A DNA stretch of 64,000 bases from Macrostomum lignano (Eukaryota): NCBI GenBank assembly GCA_002269645.1, contig NIVC01001573.1:1-64000 (forward strand). Reading direction: 5' to 3'. How positions within the stretch are numbered: the first letter of the stretch is position 1; each line of letters opens with the position of its first letter. The translations under genes were made by a program, and so were the position numbers. The notes below the pieces were generated by a model. It did not search any database. It was not told the DNA's origin and saw only the letters and a program-made list of their open reading frames with translations. This document shows positions 47,728-58,979 of this stretch, piece after piece.

Positions 47728-48314
47728 AATATAAGCTGTAATGCTATATTGCCTATGGTTACCCAGCAACAGTCAAAAGTTCCACTTGTACAAATCACGC
47801 ACAGTTAGAGAGAAAACTTCTCAAGTTCACATTAATAATGCACAGTAAAAGGCGAATAAAAATATCTTTGCTGGTTGGGCGGAACTCTTGACTTTTGTTG
47901 GGTATATATGGCTTTTGAGGTAAAATGAGTTTGCTGACCCCTGGCTTTGTGTAATTTGTGTTATCTTTATCTCTAGCTCCACTGCAGCAGTCAGACAACC
48001 CTTGTCCTTAATACTCTTTTTTTATTTGGAGCTAAACTAGAGGCTTTTAAATTTTATGCTCGTAAAGTGCCTTTAAGCGAAACTTAAATTGTTAAAATCT
48101 CTTTGGTGTGGTGTGACTAATTGTATATGTATGTAGGGATGTCGACCCAGGGGTAGGGGAGTGTTCCCCTGGGAATTGGACTTGAGACCTGGAAAGAAAA
48201 AATGTGTAAAGTGCATTCGTAACTTAATTTTTGCCTTTTAGATAATAAACTGTTTCACATAAAGCTGATTGAAACTATGTTTATACAAGATTTTATTTTT
48301 TTCTACCACTGAAG

Positions 48315-51300
48315 ATTCTGCAAGCGTCACCGGAAATTTGCAACTGCGCAAGATGCCGCAGAAGCCGATGGCGCCAACCAGTACCAGGTGGACCCGGCGT
48401 CCATTGCAACCGATGACAACGGCCTGTCAGCTGCTCTGGTCGATGCAGCCACTGGCAAACGGTTGAGCCTTAGACTAGCTCGCGTGGCAACCGTTACTGG
48501 GCGAACTTTTCGTCTGAAAATCAACGAATTTGCCGACGAAGCCAAGAGGCCCAGGTTCGAACCCGCGCCAGGCGACTCGCTGGTTGCCGACGTGGCCGAG
48601 GCGCCCGTTGCCATTGACAACAAGCAGCTGGACGGGAATCTGTACGTGCTCGAAGCCAAGGATGGCGCCAAGAGCGACGCTGCAAAGGTGAGGCGTGTGC
48701 GCTTTATGAGCATAGTGCCATAATAATAATTGATTACATCTGCCCCAGCTCGGTCAGATGTGCAACCAACAGTCTCAGCTATCAGCCTCCGCATCTGAAG
48801 GCTGCATACGGCTGTTCAGTCCAATTACTATCGGGGTGGGGGTCGCCACACATACCCTCAGTTACCCCAGCTAATACTTGGCACCCGTTTTACAGCTGGG
48901 GTGAACTGAAGCAATGCAGAGTTGAGTGTCTTGTTTAAGGATATAAATGTGTTCCAGTAGGGTCAGGAATCGAACCCCTGACCTTTAAGTCGTGAGTCCG
49001 ACAAACTAAATCAATCTTAGTTTAAGCGTATCATGTTGCAGAATTGCTTACTACTAAGTAAGTAGTGTATAGACGGGCTATTTTGATTGTTCGAATCCCG
49101 TCGACCCCCCCCCCTCACAGGCCAAAGCTGTTCTCCAGCTCAAACCGTTCCGAGTCGACTGCCTACTGAACGATCGCCCCCTGATCAGCGTGAACTCCAA
49201 GAGCCGCCTGATGTGGGAGTTCCATCAGCAGAAACCCGACGACTCAGCCGACAATTCCGACGGTCTCTACGACGAAGAGTTCAAAGGCCACCGCGATGCC
49301 AAGCCGCACGGCTCCTCGTCTGTCGGCATGGACGTGGCTTTCCCGGGCTTCGAGCACGTGTACGGTATCCCGGAGCACGCGGACAGCCTGGCCCTGCGCA
49401 GCACAGCCGGCGGCGAGCCCTACCGGCTGTACAACCTGGACGTGTTCGAGTACGAGCTCAACAACCCCATGGCTCTGTACGGCAGCGTGCCGCTGGTGTA
49501 CGCGCACTCGGCTAACAACACGGCCGGGGCCTTCTGGCACAACCCGTCCGAGACCTGGGTTGACGTTCAATCGTCCAAGTCTAGCGGCGGCGGCCTGTCC
49601 GCTCTGCTGACCAGCTTCGTCAAGTCCGCCTCGCCGTCCGAGGCCCTGACCGAGACGCACTGGATGAGCGAGTCCGGCGTCATCGACCTGTTCCTGTTGC
49701 TAAGCGACACTCCGCTGGGCGCGTTCCGGCAGTACGCCAGCCTGACTGGCACCACGCCGCTGCCGCCGATCTTCTCCATCGCTTATCACCAGTGCCGCTG
49801 GAATTATAACGATGAGACCGATGTGCTTGAGGTGAGGCTCATTGACGCACTTGGCGCCAGCACTTCATGTGTTGAACTGTTAGCGGTTCAGTTTAATCGA
49901 TTTGTTAAAGAGATTTTGATATTTATATACCGTCGGGACTTTAAATAGACCACACTGATGCTGAATAAACCCGATTAGCGCCTTATCTATAGACCCCATT
50001 GACGCCTTATCTATAGACCCCATTGGCGCCTTATCCGACTATTTTTGGTACCTTATCTAAAGACTAAATTGACGCCTAATCTATAGACAATACTGATACC
50101 AAAACAGATTTACCTTCAGACAACAATCAATACCAATATCATGTCTGCCCCTATACCCTTTCCAGGTTGATCGCAATTTCGACGAAAATGACATCCCCTA
50201 TGACGTCATCTGGCTAGACATCGAGCACACGGACGGGAAGCGCTATTTCACCTGGGACTCGAACAAGTTCCCCAATCCCCAAGGCATGCTGGACAAGCTC
50301 AACGCCAAGGGCCGTCAGCTGGTGACCGTGGTTGATCCGCATATTAAACGTGACGATAACTGGGCGCTGTACCAGCGGGTTCGCGACGGCGACATCGCCG
50401 TGAAGAGTCACAAGGATGACGGACTGTACGATGGCTGGTGCTGGCCGGGCTCGTCTGTGTGGCCGGATTTCATTGACCCGGCAGTCAGGAAGTGAGTCAG
50501 TCTTTAGACATTCTGAGTAATCCCCCCCCCCCGAGCCCTTGCCCATCTGAGCAATACCCATTCAGGTTTTTGGCATTCTGAGTAATTCCCCCCGAGCCCT
50601 GTCCCATCTGAGAAATACCCATTCAGATTTTAGACATTCTGAGTAATTCCCCCCGAGCCCTTGCCCATCTGAGAAATACCCATTCAGATTTTAGACATTC
50701 TGAGTAATTCCCCCCGAGCCCTTGCCCATCTGAGAAATACCCATTCAGCTTTTAGACATTCTGAGTAATTCCCCGTGAGCCCTTGCCCAACTGAGAAATA
50801 CCCCTTGAGTATATAGACATTCTGAGAAACCCCCCCCCCGAGCCCTTGCCCATCTGAGCAATACCCATTCAGCTTTTAGGCATTCTGAGTAATCCGCCCG
50901 AGCTTTTGCCCATCCGAGCAATACCCATTCACTTGCACTCGCTTCAACAACAGGTGGTGGGCCAACGAATTCAAGGACTACGTAGCCGCCTACACCTGGA
51001 ACGACATGGGCGAGCCGTCCGTGTTCAACGGGCCTGAGGTGACGATGCACAAGGACGCCAAGCATCACAACGGCTGGGAGCACAGGGAGGTGCACAATCT
51101 GTACGGTGCGCTCGTCCACCAGGCCTCCTGGGACGGCCAGCTGGTCAAGTCGCCGCAGCGGCGGCCGTTCGTGCTGACCAGGGCGTTCTTTGCTGGCTCG
51201 CAGCGGACTGCGGCTGTGTGGACTGGCGACAATGCGGCTAACTGGGATCACCTCAAGGTGCGCCTGCGTGACCTGTCTGCGTGTCTGCCACTGGCTGTCT

Positions 51301-51476
51301 GCCTGCCTTTTTGTCTGTTTAGCAGCTGTCTCTGTGTCCCTGTCTGTCTGTTTTCGACACTAATTGAGACGGACAGTCATAACGACAGACATAATGTGTC
51401 TCTCTTTGTGCCTGTCTTAGCATCTGTCTGTCTGTCTTTCTGTCTCTCTGTCTGTCTGGGTGTCTGTCTGTCTTAG

Positions 51477-51533
<57 letters not shown>

Positions 51534-51568
51534 GCCTGCCTGTCTTAATGTCTGTCTGTCTGCCTCAG

Positions 51569-51603
<35 letters not shown>

Positions 51604-53046
51604 AGTAGCGCCCACTAATTAAGGCCACGCAATTCCTCACCCCTCCTGCAGGCCTCGGTCCCCATGGTGCTGTCCCTGAGCATCACAGGCATCACATTCT
51701 CCGGCGCCGACGTCGGAGGCTTCTTCGGCAACACGGACCCGGAGCTGCTGGTTCGCTGGTACCAAGCCGGCTCTCTGCAGCCGTTCTTCCGAGCCCACGC
51801 CCATCTCGACACTCGCCGACGAGAGCCGTGGCTGTTGGACGCCCAGTACAAGGAGGCCATCCGGTCCGCCATCCTGCTGCGCTACACCCTCCTGCCCTAC
51901 CTGTACACCCAGTTCTACCTGTCAGCCAGGGACGGCCGCCCAGTGATGGCGCCCCTGTGGGTGTACTATCCCAAAGACGAGGCCACGTTCAGCATGGACG
52001 ATCAGCACCTGCTGGGACCGGATCTGCTGTTTAAGCCGGTGACGGAAGCCGGAGCTACCTCGGTTAGTGCAATACTTTTATATGCGTTTATTATACAAAC
52101 GTATCAGAATCGCCCCTCAAAGTCAGATCCCCCGTGAGAATCGCCCCTCAGAGTCAGATCCCCCCGTGAGAATCGCCCCCAGAGTCAGATCCCCCGTGAG
52201 AATCGCCCCTCAGAGTCAGATCCCCCCGTGAGAATCGCCCCTCAGAGTCGGATCCCCTGTGAGAATCGCCCCTCAGAGTCGGATCCCCTGTGAGAATCGC
52301 CCCTCAGAGTCAGATCCCCCGTGAGAATCGCCCCTCAGTCAGATTCCCCGTGAGAATCGCCCCTCAATCAGATCCCCCGTGAGAATCGCCCCTCAGTCAG
52401 ATCCCCCGTGAGAATCGCCCCTCAGTCAGATCCCCCGTAAGAATCGCCCCTCAGACGGCATCTCCATCAATTGCAGCTGTCAGTCTACCTGCCCAAGGAC
52501 AGCATCTGGTACCGTCACGACACCTGGGAGGGCTTCGGCGGCGGCCAGACTGTCAGCCTCAGCGTCAGCCTGACGACAATGTCGCTCTTCTACCGAGCCG
52601 GCGGCATTGTCGCCAGGCGCGACCGGCCTCGCCGCTCCTCCGCCGCAATGCGCCGCGATCCCATCACCCTCGTGGTGCTGCTGGGCGGTCGCGACCGCCG
52701 CGCCTCCGGCCACCTGTACCTGGACGACGGCTACTCGCTTGAGCACAAGACCAGCTCGGCCTACCTTCACTGCCGCTTCAACTATGCCGACGGCTCGCTG
52801 ACCAACACGCTGGTGCACTCCAGCCCGGCCTACGCCGACGCCGACCGGATCAAAGTTGAACGCCTGATCTTTGTGGGCGTGCGCACCAGGCCGAAGTCTG
52901 TCGTGCTGCCCGACGGCGGGGTGGGCGAGTTCACCTACACGGAGCAGTCCCGGCTGCTGGTGATCCGCCGGCCCAACCTGCCCGTTGCCAAGGCCTGGAC
53001 TGTCCGCCTGATGGACGCCTCCGCCAGCGGCCACGACGAACTGTAG
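48315..53046 (+). CDS. GANAB: Glucosidase II alpha subunit (GH31); first coding exon not located
   Basis: Exons 48315-48687 (FCKRHR), 49121-49831, 50166-50491 ([19 protein letters not shown]), 50954-51257 ([10 protein letters not shown]; WTGDN), 51652-52062, 52477-53046 join in frame; ends HDEL*. Confidence 0.93.
48718..48995 (-). mobile_element. Same SINE family, copy 3
   Basis: Reverse-complement match to copy 1; lies in a GANAB intron. Confidence 0.75.
50500..50935. repeat. About 60-bp minisatellite
   Basis: CTGAGTAATTCCCCCCGAGCCCTTGCCCATCTGAG... units in a GANAB intron. Confidence 0.9.
51420..51605. repeat. (TGTC)n microsatellite
   Basis: GANAB intron. Confidence 0.9.
52130..52445. repeat. 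About 30-bp minisatellite (GAGAATCGCCCCTCAGAGTCAGATCCCCCGT)
   Basis: Last GANAB intron. Confidence 0.9.
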
Positions 53047-53144
53047 CCGCCTGCGGCTTGGTGACCCTAAGCGGAATTTTAGTTTGGCTATTAGAGCTGT
53101 TCTGAGCCATGGCCGCGTGGTAGCTGGCGGTTTGAGACAGTGAC

Positions 53145-53398
53145 TGGCTATCACTCCCAGATCCTCAGTTGCTGGGCCAGCTTCCCAGAGTGTCAGTTGC
53201 TGTGCCAGCCCTCCAAATACTCAGTTGCTGGGCGAGCCTCCCAGATCCTCAGTTGCTGGGCCAGCCTCCCAGATCCTCAGTTGCTGGGCCAGCCTCCCAG
53301 ATCCTCAGTTGCTGGGCCAGCCTCCCAGATCCCCAGTTGCTGGGCCAGCCTCCCAGATCCTCAGTTGCTGGGCCAGCCTCCCAGATCCCCAGTTGCTA
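53145..53398. repeat. 28-bp minisatellite, inverted copy of the 27475-27875 family
   Basis: ATCCTCAGTTGCTGGGCCAGCCTCCCAG units about 100 bp after the GANAB stop. Confidence 0.9.
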
Positions 53399-54164
53399 TG
53401 TGACTATGGGATCAATCGACAATTTGCTTACTAATCATTCAGGCCAATGGCAATGCAGCGCTAATATTTACTAAACATTTCACATTTGGCTTAACTTAAT
53501 GTTTAATGTTTAGCCTCACTGCTAGTTATTTTAAGCGGCTTAAGAAATTGCTCTGACCACTGTTGCAGGTACTTTCTATCCTACAAAACTGATCTAGTTT
53601 TTTACTATCCAAAAATGTAGAACTTTGCTTCTGTGCACTCCTGGCTCTCTATCTATGAAATATGAAGTTTTTTAAAGCCGAATGTTTTTCCGTAATTTGT
53701 TTCATATCTAAGTTATTTACTGTTTATGATTAATTCTGCTTAAATTCTTATATTAGGTCGAATTCGCGCTAGTTTTGCTTTATATAACCGCTTCTGTGTT
53801 TCTTGTGTCTCTGTGCACTTTCTTGAAGTGTTTTTCGCCGCTGTTAAATGATCTTTTAGTCACAATCAAATTTCATAGCCTGTCTGTTATCAGCCCCCCT
53901 CCTAAGATATTTAACTTAGTAATCCTTTTGTACCGGACATAAGGTTAAAGACCGTCTCGTGCCAACTTTGAAATTTAATTAATCAGTGCGCACACCAACA
54001 AGTGCCCAGTTCTGTCTATAACACACTTTCTAATTTCTCTAGCAATTGCTCCTGGTGGACTATTTACACTCATAACTTTATGAGTTTTCCTTCAAGTTGT
54101 GCAATATCTTCACTGGGTTAATAGTATAATTGTATTTTTTCTTTTTGTCTGAGAATAGTAACGT

Positions 54165-54330
54165 CAAGGTCACGACCTGAAGACTTTGAGGTCATGACCT
54201 GAAAACGTTAAGGTCACGACCTGAAAACTTTAAGGTCACGACCTGAAAACTTTAAGGTCACGACCTGAAAACTTTAAGGTCACGACCTGAAAACTTTAAG
54301 GTCACGACCTGAAAACTTTAAGGTCATCGC
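54165..54330. repeat. 22-bp minisatellite (AAGGTCACGACCTGAAAACTTT)
   Basis: About 7 tandem copies. Confidence 0.85.
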
Positions 54331-55234
54331 AATCTTAATAACCTCATAAACCCATAAGCAGTAAGATCACGGCTTGAAAGACATTGTAGTCATGACCTGA
54401 CAACTGCGAGGTCGCGACCTTCACCTTGGCTTGAAAAAATGCTTAAAAGTACATTTTACGCCAGCTTAGTGTTTTTTCGAATACTACGTAATTGCGCCGT
54501 CATTTTTACTTAACGTATCTGTTGCCCATTGCCAAAAAAGCCTGCTCTTAAGTCTCTTGCTCTTTCGGTTAACTCAATAGTGAGACATTCTGCGCTTTAT
54601 TCTATTTCACTGACTACCAGCTGGGATCAAGTCAATGTGCTCGGTTGAATTCCCAGTTAGAAATCCCTCGGTTTTGTGTTTGCCATCTGAAACCCGATAA
54701 TTGTTACTGCAACACTGGTCACTGTTTGCCTATACCGTGAATTGCACATCATTGCGCAGACCTTACACATGTTACAGTTTCCTAAGCGTGTCTTTATCCA
54801 TCACTTCTGCTCATAATCAGATCTGCTTTTTATCTTGTCTTTATTGAATTATTTCAAATGCTAAAATCCTTGCGTGTTTCTGTTTATTTCTGTCAGTCTG
54901 TCTGTCAATCCTCACTTCACAACCGGTTTCTGACGTACTGAACTGTAGTCCCTATTGATAATTAGACTATAATGACTCTGTAGCAATTAGTTTTTTTTGT
55001 AGTTCCCTGGTTGTGTGGCACATTAGTTTACGAGTATAATTTGGATTAAGCGAAGTTAAACAATTAATACATAAATATATTATACAACATTCAGTGCCAT
55101 AAAACCGTTTATTATTAAAAACTGATTGACAAATACTTTTGTGCTGGTGTTGCCTTATTTAAAGTTTGAAAGCTCAAGTTTTATAGATTGCGACTGCTGT
55201 GAAGCTTATTTTAATTTATAATTGGGCTCTGTTG

Positions 55235-55700
55235 CCTCTCTGTGTCTGCTGTGTCTGCCGGTGCCTCTGTCTGTGTCTGCCGCTGCCTGTCTGTGTCTGC
55301 CGGTGCCTCTGTCTGTGTCTGCCGCTGCCTGTCTGTGTATGCCGGTGCCTCTGTCTGTGTCTGCCGGTGCCTCTGGCAGTGTCTGCCGTGCCTGTCTGTG
55401 TCTGCCAATGCCTCTGGCAGTGTCTGCCGTGTCTGTCTGTGTCTGCCAATGCCTCTGGCAGTGTCTGCCTGCCTGTCTGTGTCTGCCGCTGCCTGTCTGT
55501 GTCTGCCGCTGCCTGTCTGTGTCTGCCGGTGCCTCTGGCAGTGTCTGCCGTGCCTGTCTGTGTCTGCCAATGCCTCTGGCAGTGTCTGCCGTGCCTGTCT
55601 GGGTCTGCCGCCGCGTCTCTTTAACTGTTGTTGCCTGTCTGCCGCTGCCTGTCTGTCTGCTAGTGCATCTGGCCATGTCTCCATGTCTGCCGCTGTCTGT
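55235..55700. repeat. GTGTCTGCC-based degenerate repeat
   Basis: Upstream of the K2P gene. Confidence 0.85.
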
Positions 55701-55980
55701 CCTGTGTTTGCTACCTCTTCTATTTTAATCATTGGTTCTTCCGTGCCTCATGGTTTCATAAGCATTGTATTTTTTGTCTCTGCTAGAGCCCTAAGTCTTG
55801 GTTAAAGTAGGTTATCCGTCTTGTTTTTAGTCAGGTACAGCAATTGTTTGAGTTAAAAAAGCCAGTTTATATCTACGACTTTTATCTCTTGATGAACAGG
55901 GGACCGATTGAAACCGCATAGTTGCTAAGCGCTGGTAGGCAGGCCAACTGCAGCCTTAGAAGATCGGCTACTCCGCCATC

Positions 55981-58053
55981 ATGATGAACTCAACTGACGG
56001 CTCGTGCGAATCCAACAGCCGGTCCGCCCGCTGCCGCGGCTTCATCGATCAACTCGCTGAGCAGCGCTGGCTTCGCGGCTCGGCTTACCTGCTGCTGTAC
56101 TTCCTGCTGTTCATGCCGTCTCTGGCCATGCTGTTCATGGCCATCGAGGGCCCGGTGGAAGAGCAGGAGAAGATCGCCCTGCGGCTGGCTAGGCTGGACT
56201 TCCTGGCTAATCACACCTGTCTGAGCGATGCCGAGCTAGAGCGCTTCCTGGCCATCGTGCTGGCGACTAACAATCGAGGCGTCTCCGCGCTGCGCAACGC
56301 CAGCCAGGGCCGCTCCAACTGGAGCTTCGGCCAGTCCCTGTTCTTCGCCACCACCGTGGTCACCACCATCGGCTACGGCCGCACCGCTCCGCTGTCCCAT
56401 CTGGGCAAGGCCATGTGCATCGCTGTTGCTCTCATTGGCATCCCGCTCACCTTGCTGGCCTTCTCGCTCACCGCCGGCTGGCTCAGGCGCCTCTCGCTGC
56501 GGCTGCTGGTCTGGCTGAGGAACTGGTTCCCGCCCGATAGACAGGTGAGAGTCTGCAGCTCCCTGATCAGTCCCTGAATATGCCCCTCCGCTCCCTGATC
56601 AGTCCCTGAGTCTGCCTCTCCGCTCCCTGATCAGTCCCTGAGTCTGCCTCTCCGCTCCCTGATCAGTCCCTGAGTCTGCCTCTCCGCTCCCTGATCCGTC
56701 CCTGAGTCTGCAGCTCCCTGATCAGTCCCTGAGTCTGCCTCTCCACTCCCTGATCAGTCCCTGAGTCTGCCTCTCCGCTTCCTGATCAGTCCCTGAGTCT
56801 GCCTCTCCGCTCCCTGATCCGTCCCTGAGTCTGCCTCTCCGCTCCCTGATCCGTCCCTGAGTCTGCCTCTCCGCTCCCTGATCCGTCCCTGAGTCTGCAG
56901 CTCCCTGATCAGTCCCTGAGTCTGCAGCTCCCTGATCAGTCCCTGAGTCTGCCTCTCCGCTCCCTGATCAGTCCCTGAGTCTGCCTCTCCGCTCCCTGAT
57001 CAGTCCCTGAGTCTGCCTCTCCGCTCCCTGATGAGTCGCTGAGTCTGCCTCTCCGCTCCCTGATCCGTCCCTGAGTCTGCAGCTCCCTGATCAGTCCCTG
57101 AGTCTGCCTCTCCGCTCCCTGATCAGTCCCTGAGTCTGCCTCTCCGCTTCCTGATCAGTCCCTGAGTCTGCAGCTCCGCTCCCTGATCAGTCCCTGAGTC
57201 TGCCTCTCCGCTCCCTGATCCGTCCCTGAGTCTGCCTCTCCGCTCCCTGATCCGTCCCTGAGTCTGCAGCTCCCTGATCAGTCCCTGAGTCTGCCTCTCC
57301 GCTCCCTGATCAGTCCCTGAGTCTTCAGCTCCGCTCCCAGAGCAGTCCCTGAGTCTGCAGCTCCGCTCCCTGATCAGTCCCTGAGTCTGCAGCTCCGCTC
57401 CCTGATCAGTCCCTGAGTCTACCTCTCCGCTCCCTGATCAGTCCCTGAATCTTCCATGGACAACTAAAGTCCTCCATTCCAACCCATGAGTCTACTTTAG
57501 TTGTCTATGGGCTCAGTTTTCATGTGGGCAAAATTCAGCCCGTGGATCATGACTAAATTCCCGCCTGCAGTCTCGTGCCGCCCTGCTCCACCTGTGCCTG
57601 ATTTTCACCTGCCTGCTCGTCTGCTTCCTGCTGATCCCTGCCGCCGCATTCGCCCAATTGGAGCGGGACTGGACCTACCTGGACGCATTCTACTACTGCG
57701 TGATCTCGCTGACCACCGTCGGCCTGGGCGACTTCATCGTTGGCGAGCACCCTGACCAGGAGAACCGCCTGCTGTACAAAATATTCGCGGTCGTTTACCT
57801 GTACGTCGGCCTCATCTTCCTGGTGTTTGCGTTGCGCAGCTTCGCCGACCTGCCCGACCTGAATCCGGGCCGGTTCATCTACTCCGAAGACCTGGACGCC
57901 CTTATTGACAGCGACCGGTACGATGTCTCCACGGGGTGCAGCGGCGGTGGCAGCGAGGAAGCCAAACTGCTGTCGCCGTCGAGCCTGGGTTCAGCAACGG
58001 CATCTGGCGGCAGCGTCGGACCGCGCGGCTACGACTCGACAGGGGTCAAATAA
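55981..58053 (+). CDS. KCNK1: Two-pore-domain K+ channel, TWIK subfamily (348 aa)
   Basis: Exons 55981-56544 and 57571-58053. Pore 1 TTIGYG and pore 2 TTVGLG (GLG is the TWIK signature). The paralogue is not resolved. Confidence 0.85.
56545..57450. repeat. 32-bp minisatellite (CTCCCTGATCAGTCCCTGAGTCTGCCTCTCCG)
   Basis: Fills the K2P intron from its donor. Confidence 0.95.
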
Positions 58054-58639
58054 GGACAAATCATCAGTTAGGGATTTCCCTAACACTCAACACCCATCTG
58101 AGACCGGGGGTCGGGGACGTAACTGTTTTGCGCCACATGCACATTGGGGTCGGGTGGTGGGACTAAAGTTAAGATGAATGTTTTCACTTTCAATGTAAGG
58201 GCTGAGGGGAGCTCTTAAGTTCTTAGAATCGGGGACTCAAGAAACAAAGACAGAAATCTTTACACAACACGCACGTGGAGGTTGGAAATTGGAATGGGGG
58301 GTTTAAAGTTAAAATATGTTTTCATTTTCAATACAAAGGGAGCTCTTAAATTCCTGGGGTCAGGGACTCAAACAACACATTATTGACACCACATGCACGT
58401 TGTGTTTGGGATGGTGGGGGCTTAAGTTAAGATGAATGAAGCCAATAGGGAAGCATCAAAGAAGGCCAGATTGCAAAGGAGGCTTCTTGGAAACCAGCTG
58501 ATGAGTAGGCCATCGCCCTCGCAGATCTTGGTAAGAAATGGAGATTTTGTTACTTTCCTCACCTAAACAATATGAGAAAATGAGAGAAGGGAGAGAGGAG
58601 AGAGTGAGAAAGGGGGCAGAAAAAAGAGAGGAAAGAAGA

Positions 58640-58950
58640 GAGGAGAGGCAAGAGACGATAGAGGAGAGGACGTTCGCCCTTGGCCTCAATTGTGCGGTCT
58701 CTGCAACTTGAGCAGCAGCACTTCGTGTAGCGGCTCAGGGCAGCGGGCCTCCGACCGGATGACGTAGCCAGCCAGTCGAAGTCGTCGGCTCTCATCGCCC
58801 GCGCAGCAGGTCAGAGGGCCGCATCGGGCAAGCTTTTGTGTGGCATTGGTCTCGCTGTCTAGACTGATGCGCACTCCAAACGCCGCACGCAGCATGGCCG
58901 CATGCGCAGCGTCCAGCTGCCTCTCCAAGGCGTTCATCAGGGCAGGTCTC
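58640..58950 (-). mobile_element. Decayed RTE-type LINE 3' fragment
   Basis: LDAAHAAMLRAAFG...TN...RRLRLAGYVIR resembles the RTE ORF2 C-terminus. Confidence 0.6.
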
Positions 58951-58979
58951 GGTGCTGTACAACAGTTACGGAAAGTTTA

